From the NCBI RefSeq assembly GCF_964204865.1, contig NC_135262.1, positions 5,146,001 to 5,210,000 of the forward strand: DNA of 64,000 bases, given 5' to 3'. Made by a program: the position numbers and the translations under genes. This document shows, one piece after another, positions 39,082-53,000 of the stretch. Within the stretch, counting starts at the first letter, position 1. Each line of letters opens with the position of its first letter. The notes beneath the pieces were generated by a model. That model was not told the origin of the DNA, did not search any database, and worked only from the letters and a program-made list of their open reading frames with translations. The DNA comes from Styela clava. Taxonomy: Eukaryota.

Positions 39082-42000
39082 GTCGTGAATACTTGGCGCA
39101 ACTGAAAAATTATTAGCCTGTAAAAAATCGGTTCTTTCAGCGCTACAATTACAGGAGCCGTTCCGCGAGGATTTCAAGGCAATTAATATTTATTTTGAAC
39201 CTCTTATAACCTTTTATAAAGTACATTGAAGCAATTTATTAATTGTACCAATATAAATTTGAGTAGACTTTGGGATTTTATCGTAGATCTTGAGATTTTT
39301 TTAGCAACGATATCTTATAAAAATAATCACAACTGGCTGTCAATACAGTAGAAACTCTACCTACGAAATTAATTCGTTCCGGAAGCCCATTCGTAAGTAG
39401 AAAATTATGCAAGTAAGGACGCAGTTTACATATAAATGCCCTAATTCGTTCTAAGTCTACACAAAACTCGGACATTACATTTGTATATATTATAATACTG
39501 GGTAAACCCGTAACAATTACATGTTAGAATTAAATTACCACATAATAAATAGAAAATGTACACATAGGAAGAATAGAGAAATAACAAATAAAAACTACGA
39601 ACGGCAGACCGTGGAGAGTGAGAGGGCGGCGGTTGGAGTTTTCTTTTTATTAAAAAACGATAAAATTGGCAATACATACTAAATAATATTTAAGAGCTAT
39701 TCCACACGTTCTAAATTGCAAGAAATGAAAACTTTCCCATAATGTCAGGTCACTATCGAAATTGAGGATGAAAACGATTAATGGCGACACAATTTCCTTT
39801 TAGAATTATTGTCGAGGCGCACAAACAATCTCGACTAAATTTAAATATACGATGATAGTTTCGTATATTATTCGTAAAATCTTTTCAATCAAAAACATCC
39901 TCGACGTATTATAAGCAATTCAAGTCAGCGCTAATTGAAATATTTTCATGTGGCTGTAATTTATTGCCGTGCGTACACGGCTGCCTTCGATTGCGATAAA
40001 AATGAAGTAATTGTAAAATGTTTTTAATCTGAACGTGGACCGCTAGGATATGTGCGCTTATAAACTCGAAAAAACGATATTCGAAGGTCGCGATATACGA
40101 ATTGGACATCCCTGATTCAAGCACTGCATTAAATTAATCTCAAAAATCACTACACGCGGTATTCAAGTTTTTGACATTTCGTATGTTGAAAATTCGAAAA
40201 GATCCGACTATATTTACGAGTGGCATAATTCGGCGAATGTTTCAGGACCCATTACATGGAAATTTCCGAATTCCGATGTCACCACCCCTTTGAAAATCCT
40301 GGCTGTGCCACTGAAAGTGTGTATTGTAAGGTGAGCCTAATCGACCCTTTTTTATGACATTTTGTGCCGGGATAATATGCAAAATTTAGGTTAATCATGC
40401 TTAAGATAAGTATTTCGCAAGCCTTCATACACGAAAATTATAGGGGAATCCATCCTCTGAGAATTAATCGATTTTTTTTATGTTTTTATCAAGATTCTCA
40501 TTAGCTAAATCATTGAGCTGAAGTTAAAAACTTTCTATTACTACCAAATATCTCACGTATCGTGCTTCAAAACATTAGATTTTTACGAAGTAAGGTTGTC
40601 TCTTCGCCCATTAAATGCCATGCATTCGCAGACAAGAAATGCGTCGGAACAGAAGATCAGTCAAGCGTATATTATCTGTAGCATAACAATGGTAAGACAA
40701 TGGTCATTTTGATCCATTGTCAAGGTTTCAATGGTATGACATGCATATTTGTGCAATTGTTTCGTCATAATTAATTATCATTGTTACCGCAGGACTATTG
40801 TGACGTCACAAAGGTAAAATAACCTCGGCGAAGTATTTTCGAATTTGTGCATCTCGGATTCTAGCTTAGCGCGTATTAATTTGAATTTATACTACATTAT
40901 AGGAAGACGTGCACTTGTGATATTCACTGTCCGAGTCCAATTCACCCTGGTTGGCTTTTATATTGGGGGCATTGCTGTTTTATTTTTTATATTTAATCTT
41001 AGTCTTATTTCGGTGGGTGTGCAGAACGTGTTATATTATTGAAATATATATTTTTAAACATAAAAAATATTGTAATTGAAACTGATTAGCTATTTTGGGG
41101 ATTAGACATTGTAGATACTGAAAATTACATTCGGTATTGGAATGTTCAGTTTTCAGGACTGGTGCATATAGCAAAGTTGCAAAATTGCGTTTGTCCCCAA
41201 GTCATAGACACATTTTTGCCTAAGTCACAGTGCGCCATTATGACGTCACTTAACTGTGTCATACAAATTACCTTAAATCCGGCTACGATCAAAAAATTGA
41301 ACCATGGCAAATTATTGACTCTCAATGGCATAACAATATCATTAGGAAGTTTTTTACGTTTTTCTCAAAACAGCTAAAAATGACTTACGCAATTCGGTTA
41401 TTAGCGTGACGATATATCCTTAACATATATTTGCATCAAAAATTGGGTAGTTTGCGTTACCTTTATCCACAATTTTTTATAGGTTGGATTGGAGTACTAA
41501 TATGAGATATTTTTATATACATACCTGATATAAAATACAATAGTATGCTACAATTTTTGACAATTACAAACTTTAAAAATAAAATTTTTACTAAAACACA
41601 GGAATATCATTTACGCTATCGGGTAATTTTTGATATCTCAAACTCCTCAGTTTTATTGTTGGGATTTCGTACTAATAACTAGCCGTGCATTAATGATTCG
41701 CAAACTAAACTATAAAAGATTGTATTATTAAGTACTGGCGAGAGAATACTTTAACAAAAAAAATTTCAAGAGGAGAGACAGCGTTGCAACACTGTTGGCA
41801 ATGTAAAGTAAGCAAACACCACATCCCGGATATGTTCTCTGGTATGATATTGTTGTTATTAAACATAAAAAAAAATTTCAATCTAAACATAATACAAAAT
41901 CAATAAAACTACATCACCAGCTGTAACTTTGATCTCTTCGAAATATTTAAATGTCAATCAATATTAAATTAAATTAATATTGTTAAGAATTCGTGCCACA

Positions 42001-43940
42001 TCCTGGTTTGTATCCGGGTATCATAGTTCATCGTGAAATACGGTTATATTTCTAGTTTTACTTTCAATATTTTTAGCGCCTTTCGCTCTGAACTAGGCTC
42101 TTTCTCAAGATAAGTAAGGTGCTGCTATAGTTTGGAAAGGCCGGAATATTTTCGTTCCGACATTACTTGCCCAATTTATTTCAGCCTGGGCAGGGTGGGG
42201 AGAATGGGGCTTGAACCAGAGATAGATGTGTAATCTGCGACGCCTTCATAGCCTGAGGCGATAACCGCTTGGTCGCTAAAAATGATCACATCAGTTATAA
42301 AAAGAAAGTACTGAACGATTAAATCTCATAATCTATTAAAAATCCAAAATTTATTGAATAAGTATATAAAAGACTGTTTTATTTGGTTAAAAAGATTAAG
42401 TCCAAACGTAAAATAATTCTACGGGTTCCTAAAAAGCTGTCTCTGACTTTAAATGTGACAGCATAATGAGATTCAATTAAATTTTTCAGTGATGTTTTAA
42501 AATTCTACATTGCAAAAAAGTATCGTTGTACAGCAGAAACCATGTATCTACAAAATATCAGAAATTTTACTCGAAAATCCCTGTGAAAATCTAGAATCAC
42601 TGTCATGAAAATGCAATGAATCAATGCGTCGTAATGGGAATTGACAAAAAAAATTCTTGTTAATCTGCACTGAAAAATCATTTAAATTTAGACAATGGCT
42701 GTCTCAACACTATCAGCTCCTATGAATTGTATGTCACCGGTAATCGACGGGCCAGCCATAAACGATTCATGCTTTAATGAAATGTTCTGTTTGTCTGTGT
42801 TACCAACGTTTGAAATATCCCATAGGCAGTGGTGGGATACAAAATACTGTGAAAAGGGTTCTCTTATGCATCGATCTCAAAACAACGGGTTCTCTCATAT
42901 TTCACTATGTAAGCTGCATTAACATGACATGCTGTACATACACCTAATACACAAATTTTGTAACGCCAAACTTAATTCTAGTCGTCAGCTGCGATCCACT
43001 TCTCCAATTTACTGCCAAAGTCTAAAACAAAACAAAAACAACCGGTTCGCTAATGAAACGATATTTTAGGAGCGGGTTCACGCAAACCAATGCGAACCTC
43101 CTGAATCCTACCATCGCCCATTGGGATGCATTAGTTCATTTTGTATTTTATTATTCTTTGGTACTTTGTCTTTATGAGGGTATTGTGTACTGAACTGCAA
43201 ATAAATATTTACTAAATACAAATAAATACACTTGCTATTTCGTGGAATGCTAATTGTTATGCTTATTTTTCCTTGTCTTTAATTAACATTTTCCACCAAT
43301 GGTGCAATATTTTTGATGATCTACTTCAATTTCGCCACATCCCGGATACGTTACGACGAAACACCGGCAAGTAAAATAGCACAAATTAATCGAAGTACTC
43401 AAACCAATAATATTTAACTTAAAAAATCAATGAATTTTCAAATTTAATAGGATTTTAAACCAACTGTATTATTTAACGTTATTATATTATGCGATTAATG
43501 ATGGATCGATTTTTTGTTGTTGATAAAAATTAAAATTAAAAAAGGAAACACAAATTAGTCATTTCAACACTTTTATGTGGTTTTGGGACAAACATGAAGG
43601 TCATTGACGAAACGGGTGACGCTCGTTAGAGGTCATTACATTAATGATAACTCCCCATTACTTAATTTTTCAAGGACTAAAACAGCAGGTGGCGTCTGTC
43701 TTTGATGACTGTCATAAATCACTTCAAGAGCGGCGAAGAATTATGACTTTTGATTTTGCGCCAAGCTAACTCCAGCTGTGACCATGATATTCACTTTGAG
43801 AATAATACACCACTTCTATTATTTTTATACCAACAGTTATAATTAATTTAATTTTTATATTCCACTTAGTACCCCAGGTGCAAGCATGAAGTGGCTGGAG
43901 TGTGAAAAACACTCCAGATATGTAATTCCGGGTTCAATTT

Positions 43941-43950
43941 TATATAAATA
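43941..43950 (+). promoter_or_regulatory. Candidate TATA box of the VWD gene
   Basis: TATATAAATA ~150 nt upstream of the ATG at 44094; a second TATAAAA lies near 44018. The AT-rich background makes this weak. Confidence 0.3.
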
Positions 43951-44093
43951 TCGACGATTCCATCAAAAAATTACACTCCAGTTGGTTGACTCAATATTGT
44001 CACCACGAAACTGGTTTTATAAAACTTCGAAAGTTGAGCTACTCAAATCTCGATAAAAATAATCAACAAAACTTGCAAACTTAAAACGCCAGC

Positions 44094-47000
44094 ATGGCGC
44101 CTATTAGCGCTGCCATTTTGGCAGTGTTTATTTTCCTCAGCGCGTCTCCAACGAGGTCAGTATTATTATTTTTTCAATTGAATATTGTTATGTTGGAACC
44201 GCGTTATTGCTCTTTTTTTGTCATTATTGTGAACTGCTCGTCTGAGGAAGTCTGATTTTGGTCAGACGAAACGTTACAGAAATACATTTGTGTTAGTGTG
44301 CAGCAGGACTATTGAATTGCATAGTATGGCATTGTCTTATACCTGCATTTATATTTCAATTTTATTATTGTAATTGATATTGGATGCAATTTTATCAGGA
44401 TTACCATGAAAAATCGACAATTCACAATTTCATTAATTTTTTTGCCCTACCAATATTTTCCGATTGCAAAGTTTTATTTATTTTTAATAATTTAAAGCAT
44501 ATTAGGGCATTGGAAATGTCTCGTTCTACACACTGGTATTGTGACGTCACGTTGTTATTTTTATGAGGTCATATTCTGTTTTTATTTAATGCTCGCTCCT
44601 ACATCCTATAGAATCCACTGCATATATGTTTGCGAATAACAGTGTTAATAACACGCTATCATCAAAATAAAATCAGAAGTTATATATTTGTATAAAACTA
44701 ATGTTTTTGCTCGGCTATGTCACGTACAGCGTATTTTAACTAATTCAATTCAGTAACTTATTCATTCAATCGCACCTTGGATTATTACAAAAGTTCAAGT
44801 TTTATGGAAATTATTAAAACCTAGTTTTATATTCATTTTATTAACTATTTTTCTTTTTTTTTTCTACAGCGTTGAGGCACTTCTTGGTAAGAATTTTAAT
44901 TTTATTTTCATATAAATCAAAGGAAATGATTTTTATTCGTATATTGCACAGTATTTTCGAAGAAGTATCACCAAAACATTGATTATTTTTATGAATCTGT
45001 ACAAAAATACGTTCTTTATTTTAATTTAGATATAAGTTGAATTTAATATTTCCAGTCATTGTTAAACAAATTTTTAGATTTAGGCTCGGATTTCATTTTC
45101 ATTTTACTTGTTTGTTAAATGATAACAATGAGCCATGAAATTTAGTTGTCGTCCAGTGTTATTATAGTAGTAATTAATTTGTTTATTGTATTTTTTGTTA
45201 ATTTCATCTTTCCTTATTTATTTTCCGCTATTCATCACTTTTCAGAATGCCAAAACCTGAACGACCCCCTTAACGGAAAATTCTCTTGTACCAAAGAAGG
45301 AGACAATTGGTGAGTTAAAAATACTGATATACTAATTCAAATAAAAACTTTGTAAATGAATTTACAAAATTTAAAAGAAAAAAATGAAGATACAAAATAA
45401 AATGTCCAAATTGGGTTATGGAATACACACAAAAGTGAAACCAAATTTAAGTAATCACTAAATGAAAACATATAGCAGTGTAAAGCACACGATCCAATAA
45501 TTTCAATATTTTCTAAATTGATAGATTAAGGTTTCAGTGGCTCCCTCCCTACTTTTGTATTTCAAACTTATTTTGAAACCGTTATGCAAAAGTCTGTCTT
45601 CCGCTTTTGTACAATTTATATATTTTATAATGTGATTATAAATAAGTATTATAATAAAAACAAACAACTAAAGAATATTAGTATTTCTACAGCAAATACA
45701 AAGCTGACTTACTCCCCAGGAACGATAAAATTTTTGCATGGGTAGGAGATTTCTCTCTGGTTGGGAAACGTTCATAAACATTCGATGTTTTTTTATGCAG
45801 GATCTGTGTTGCAACATGTGACGCAGGTTTCAAATTCTCTAATCCGAAATTTGGCCAAGAGATCCGTTCCGTTTGTGACCCCGCTGATGGTGTATGGGAT
45901 CCTCCGTGCGAAGCTATTTTGTGCGAGAAAGAGGGTATGGATTCTATACCGTTTACAATGACTTATAGATTAGATTGATATTTTGCTTTAAGCGATAGAA
46001 TTTTGGGAAGTCAAATAACGATGCAATGTTCAAAAAACCGTTTTGAAATGGTGGATAAAGATGAGACTTTATGAATATTAAAAAAACAAAAAGCAGATTA
46101 CATTGTACTCTGATTTAAGAAAACGTTTCCCATCAAAACGCTCTTACAGCAGTATTTTAATTGATTTTTTTAGGCTTTATAAACTTTTTTGATTAGTCCC
46201 CTTAATCCTCATTGCACCTTAGAACCTTGCACCTTGATTAGAGCTATACTTGTTTAGTTTCATGCCTTGTGCCAATGTGTGGTCTTGGCATATTGAACTA
46301 GACTGCGTCGCTTCGTGCTTTCCTGGTCGTATTGACTTGAACTTGTTCAAGTCTCCCGTCAATCGACATTTACTGGTCCCTAATTTTATACTATTTGATT
46401 CAAGAGTCTTTTCGCACACTAACACAAATGTATTTCTGTAGCAGGACTCTTGACTCAACTAGTATAGTCAAGTTTATTCTTGGCACAGCATCGTTGCGTT
46501 ACATACGGATCCACTTATTCAAAGGCATAGAGCAAGGAAGAGTAGTTAGTCTTGCGTAACCCCAACTGATAGTTCCATAATTTTATATTGTTATTCCCTT
46601 ATAGTTTCAGTAGCTCTGGGTAATAGCCCGCCCAGAAGTCAGTTGTGTATCTAAATGATTGACGTTTCTTTGAGAGAATTTCCTTTCAAATATTACTTTC
46701 TGCAAACTTTTATTCATTGTAATACCATATATTCTAGAAATCAATCCCTGTGATGCATCGGCACCAGAAGATGGCAAAAAAGAATGTAGCGACGTTAACG
46801 GGAGTCGAATGTGTTCGATTCAGTGTAACGACGGTTTCCGAGTCGAATCAACGCACCTTTACGTGTGTAATTTAGGCTCTGGAGACTGGGTTCCTGAGCT
46901 TTCGGATAAATCAACATTTCCGAGCTGCTTAAAAGGAGCTACATCGTAAGTCTCAGTCAAGTTCATTTTCATATAGCCAAGCATGATTTCTAATCATTTC

Positions 47001-50000
47001 AGAAAAATGTTGGAGGCTCGCGGGCCATAACCCGGCCCTTGTCAACACTTAAACATTTTTCTCATCAAGCATCAAATTCTAATCCGACCCCGTCGAGCTT
47101 GTAAAACCCTGGTATTAAAATAAAGAATTTTTAAAATATATTTCTTTGTATTGGAATTAGTCAAAATTTGGAAAATTTTAAATATTCAAAAAAAAATAAA
47201 AATAAGATGTAGCATCAGAACCGTTCTTATTATGGTCACAAATCATGGCGTAGTGAGAATAAAATACGTTACTTTACAAATTAAGCAACTTTAGGTAGTA
47301 AATTTTTCCATTATAAGCTTTGTTTATTAGTCTAGGTTCTTTGATGAGTGAAATTATTTGATTGTTACACTTTTTGTTACACTATATATTTTACCCTGAA
47401 AAATTCAGATCATGCAATTTAATGTAAAACTTTGCACAACGAATGAAAATAGACCGACAAGTACCAAATTTATTTACCCACAATTTCAGGAATTTGTTCC
47501 ATAAATTTCAAACAATAAAAAATTTACGTTTTATTTTATTCCCAATCAAAAGATGTGTCAATCTTCAAGTCGACGCTGAAAATCTAGTGATGGTGTGCCG
47601 TACGGAAGAAAGGGAACAGCGATGCTATCCCGAATGCCACGCTGGCTTTCAGGCCACTGGTGATCTTCCAGAAAAAGGCTACTATGCCTGCTTGAACGGA
47701 GAGTGGTTTCCTAAACTCGAAACAATTGAGTGCAAAGGTAAGCATTGGAAAGATACAAAACACTGAGATGCAACGAAATCGCAGACTTAATTTGTCTCTA
47801 AATGCTAAGATGTTTGCATTGAAATCGATATCTCTTAAAGTAAGTTTTAACTATTTAATTTTCATTTCGTTTTTCTGAAATCTTTTGTCGCACTCAGAAC
47901 CACGGGTTGTTCAATTTTGATTTTAATATTTGACAATGAATCGTTATTCCTGTTTCTAGGAGCTATCGACCCTCAAGATCCAACAGGTATTGCTCACATT
48001 ACTGGTATATACACGCAGAAAGATGTCCCTGTAGAACAAACTGGCTATTGTACCACTTGGGGACAACAGCACTACAGAACATTTGACGGAAAAGTTTACC
48101 GATTCCACGGCAAAACCGATTTCATTCTGGCGAAAGACAAGCTTGGCGACTTTACAGTTCTCATACACAACGATAAGGACTGCAGTGGTATCGACTGCAA
48201 AAGGTAGAATAAGTTATAGATATAATATTACATTGTCAATGCTATGACAAATTGACTGACTTACACAAATAATGAAAGCTCAACTTTTCATCCAAACAGC
48301 TGTGGAATTCAGTTATTGCAAATCCAAAACAAAAAGCAAGTCACACTAATAATAAAACTTATCCCATGTGCCTTGTACACCACGGTAATACCATGGATTT
48401 TTTTTTTTTTTTAAATAAATAAAAGCATTCTAATAGCCTTCTAGCGACAACAACAATCTTTAATCACTGACAATTTCAAAACAACTGTCAAGTAATTAAA
48501 AAGTAAGCGATAATAAATAATAGAAAAAAAAAAAACGATAATAAAAGCAAGAATTCTAACAACAACACCGTAATACAACCATTTCGTGTCCAAAAATTGC
48601 ACCGCTATGCCCAGCTGTTTGCCAGGGTCTCACGTAGATCATTCATTCAAAGTTTGTTTTCCTTATTCACAATATCAAGGACCCCATCAATTTATTTGAA
48701 ACAAGTTATCCACAATCACAACAATTTTCTTCTGAACCAGATCAGCGACGGTGAAAATCGGTTCCATTATGATTGAAATGAAAGAAGACACAAAACTTTG
48801 TGAACCAGCAGCTTTCCATGACGGAGAGAAGCTTTCTCTTCCAACTTCTATTCATGGTGTTGTCGTCCAAAGAATCGCCGACTATATCGTAGTCCGAGAT
48901 AGAATTTCAGATCTTTATGTCAAATGGGATGGGAAGGAATCCGTTTCAATCAGAGTAAATATATATTTTATTTCAGTCTTTCTGCGTCATCGCGTTAGAA
49001 AATACAATTTTTTTTCAAATCGAGAGAGATATTTTATTTTGTCTACCAGAAACAAGCAACGGCACAAATATACATACATAATAATTAGTTGATTCGGTAT
49101 AGACTAAGGGGATCGATACGACCTGAAAGGTCTATAATGAAGCTTTGTCATTTAGTACTTTAAATTTGTTTCGCTCTAATCACCGTTAATAACATGGGAA
49201 TTTTTTTTATAAAATATATGGCTTTTTACTGATTTCAACTATTTAATTTTAACTTTCGAGTTTCCGACTATATCTCCTACAGCACGAATAAATGATAGAA
49301 GTGACGTTGGTTACGACATATTATGGTGCATAATTGAGTGAAATTACCGCCTTATAAAAAGTATAATATTCTATGGTGAAATAGTTTAACTTCTGTAATT
49401 TAATCAGGTCAACAAAGAAATGTTGGGATCCACTTCCGGTCTCTGCGGTTTTTACAACGAAGACCACACAGACGATTTCAAACTTCCGGACGGTACAGTT
49501 GTAAAAACAGTCGATAAATTTGCAAAAGGATGGCTCACAAATTGTAAGTGGAGATATTTTATTTCACTTTTACTTTAACGTATAACACGTATAAAAGCAA
49601 TCTTCAGTGTATCGTAGAAGTCTATAAATCCCCAGTCGCGAGTGTTCCAGAAGCGTGTTTACCAAAATGGAGTTAACTCATTTTGTTCGCCTGCTTTACA
49701 TCAAGTTGTGTAAAGGGACTGAAATCTATGGCCAGGGCGTATATTCACTAACACAGACAGTCCCCGAACTCGTAATTGAAATAAAATTATACCCTAACCC
49801 TAACCTGGTACACACACTACGAGAGTACCCAGTCGCGAGCCAAATGGAGTCAATGGTCATCCGAGTCTTGTGCAGAGTGCGAATCCGAGTCGAAAACTAA
49901 GTTAAGTCTCACTGGTGGTTAGTTGATGACAATTCCGAATCCGTTAGATGACTCGATCCACAAGATGGCGAGAGTCCAAATTGAGTCAAGTTAATGAACC

Positions 50001-53000
50001 GACCTACTTCTACACTGGGAATTTTTGAGATACACGATTATCATATTTTTAAAATGACGACTCATAAATCTCTCATGACAATGGTGGGCTTGATTTATTC
50101 ATATAAACAAGGGAGCAGCACTCTAATATACGGACACGAAAGTTGCATAGTGATGCACGAAAGCACCGAGTTTGTTAAAAATATCGGTGTTTTAACTTTA
50201 AGCATGAACACGGAAACCTATCCATTCTGTTACTTAATGCAACTCTTGTTTTTTTTATTATAACTATATTCCGATCTACTTTTAGTGGACGATTCCATCA
50301 TACCGCACTCTAACTCTTTCTGCATCACTAATACTGATGAGGGCAAGACAAAGACGGCAAAAGCAATTGTAGTGTGCAACTATCTCATGGACACGCCATG
50401 CAAATCAGTAAGATTTAATTTCTGTTTTCTTATTCTTAGACATAAAACTTTTTGATACATTTTTAGAGCTTAGATTTGATATATACGACAACGGGATTGG
50501 TCAATGATGGCATGGTATGGCCTGGTTAGAACTTTCACTTTGTATATCTGTTAGTCGGTATTATTGCGTATTGAATTATAAAAAGTTTGCCTTCTTTTCA
50601 TTATACATTTGTGTTAGAGTGAAGCAAGACTCTAATAAAATAGTATAGTCATATTTATTATTGCCACAGAATCCTTTGCTTTACACGCGTACGGATCCAA
50701 TTCCACGAAGGCATATAGCAAGGAAAGATAGTTCGTCATGTGTAACCCCAGCTGATAGCTACATAATATAGTTACCTATTCCTTATTAACAGCACACGCC
50801 TAATAATAGCAAGTGCTGGTGTATTAACCGACTACGTCGTGTAAGAGGCAATGTCTAACTTTGAGTTATCAGTTATTCTAATTACGCTTACTTGTGTTTT
50901 ATAAAGCTTGTCGATCCCACACCATTCTTTGAAGCTTGCAAAGAAGATGTTTGTATGTGTGAGAATGACGATTGCGTATGCAATTCGATGGCGACATATT
51001 TCAGAGAATGTAACAGGATGGGCGTCTTTATGGACTGGAGAAAAGAGGGAAGATGCGGTAAGAAAACTTCAACGTCAATTTCTGTAACACATTAAATTCA
51101 TTATACGGTGACCCCGCCAATACAAATTAATCATATCTGTATGTTCATATAGCAGGGTGTTCATAAAGTCTCATTAAAATTTTAATTGTGTTATGAAGTC
51201 AGTTCTCAATACAGTATATTAACCAAGTTCATTTTATTTTAATCAAAGTTTGTTTAGGTTTTTGCTTCATTCATCATCTGTAGGGGCCAACAAACTATAT
51301 ATATATGGTAACAATAAATTCCCTTTTTAATTAAAAAAAATTGTTTGTAATGGAAAAATAACAAAGCATTCACGAGAATATTTTTTTGTCTAGCCTTAAC
51401 TTGCCCCGGCACTATGGTGTACGATGCATGCGGCTCTTCCTGCCCAAAGACTTGTTACGATAACAATTACAACTGCGAACACGACCATTGTATTGACGGA
51501 TGTCACTGCCCAGACGGAAGTTACCTTCATAATGGAACTTGCTTGACGAAATCTACTTGTCCTTGTCCTTATGCAGGTCGCGAGCATTCACCAAGATCCA
51601 GAGTTCGAAGAGATTGTAACCAATGGTAATTCTTTTTTATGCTTCCGCGACTATAACCCCAACAGAGAAATTGCGCACCAAAACGAACAGGGTGCGTCGT
51701 CAGCCCATTTGCATCGTAGTAAAAACATGAATAAGACTGAGACAGTGTTGTGTCCTATAAACATGTTTTTGAAAATATGAAACTATGAGTCCTATTACAT
51801 ATGGAAAATATATTTTGCCAATTTTTCTGATAATAAATTTCAAATTATTATGATTAATGAAATATTCCAACAAGCAAACACGTTGTTGAAACTCTAATCC
51901 GTGTACGCTATGCGCCACGCGACTTCAATTATAATAAAAACCTTTAAAATACGTAAACGTAAATTGCATTTAACGGAATTTGGGTCATTCGATCAATAAA
52001 TAACAAAAAGTTGCAATTCTCGATTATGCTGGTGATTATAATCACCAACCACAGTCGGATTAATTTTCATTTTATAGCTTTCCACGCAGGTACATGGCAT
52101 GCTGATGTAGACGCTGTTAGACAAGTATGCCATTACGACTGTGGCTTTACGGCTTTCTAATAGAGTAGGATTTTCATATTTAGCCCGGGGGAGATGAAAG
52201 CCAATAAGATGGCTCAATCATATGGTGACCACGGCCTCTCGCCCATGTACCAGTCCATGTCGAATATCGGAATAGTAAACCGTTATTTGCTTCACTTGTA
52301 TGAACTCATTAGCGGAAAAAGCATGATCATCACGATTGCAAACCCGCGCAAAGTGCGATGGCGGGCGTGTTTCTTAGCACGATATGCCGACCGTTGAGAC
52401 TGTATATTTTGTTACGGATTCAGAACACCATTGTATTCTCTTGTTCTACTTTCAGCATTTGTGCAAATGCCAAGTGGGTCTGTAGCAAAAACCAATGCGA
52501 TGGACTCTGTTCAGTCTCATCCACTCATTTCAAGACATTCGATGGAAGATCTTTCGACTTCGGTGGTACATGTTCTTACACACTTGTTAGAAGTGAGGGA
52601 TTGCATGAAGTTGCATTCGAAATACAGCTTAACAAGAATGATTGCAGGCAAGTAAAAGTATCTTCTCGATTGAATTAAAACAGAGAAAATTTCTGTCTTA
52701 GCCGACTAACGTTTAAGATGCCAGTGTTGCATTACATAGTCCAGATACGGCTATTGCGATGCCGTTATCTACATTTCGTCGCAGATTCAAACTATTTAGT
52801 CGACGCGATTGTGCTAAATTGAGTTGACTGCTAAAAACTTCATCATTTTTCTATTGACAAAATGGACCACATTCCAGGATGTGTGTTTGGAGTTATTACT
52901 CTACCACTAAGAAGTTTTAGATTTGTCTTTATCGCAAATCTGCTAGTAGTTGCGGTCGTTCGTAACCGCAAAATTCATATAATAATGATGTCATAATGAT

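Noticed and set aside
42200-42280. tRNA genes at A/B-box-like segments (also ~2645-2735, 34945-35050, 60410-60505)
   Set aside because: No cloverleaf can be built. They look like degenerate SINE heads.
36068-44549. Four TGACGTCA (CRE) palindromes (36068, 40801, 41241, 44542) as a regulatory cluster
   Set aside because: At least two sit in segments similar to each other (~35220-36110 versus ~44500-44740), so they appear repeat-borne. No independent evidence of function.
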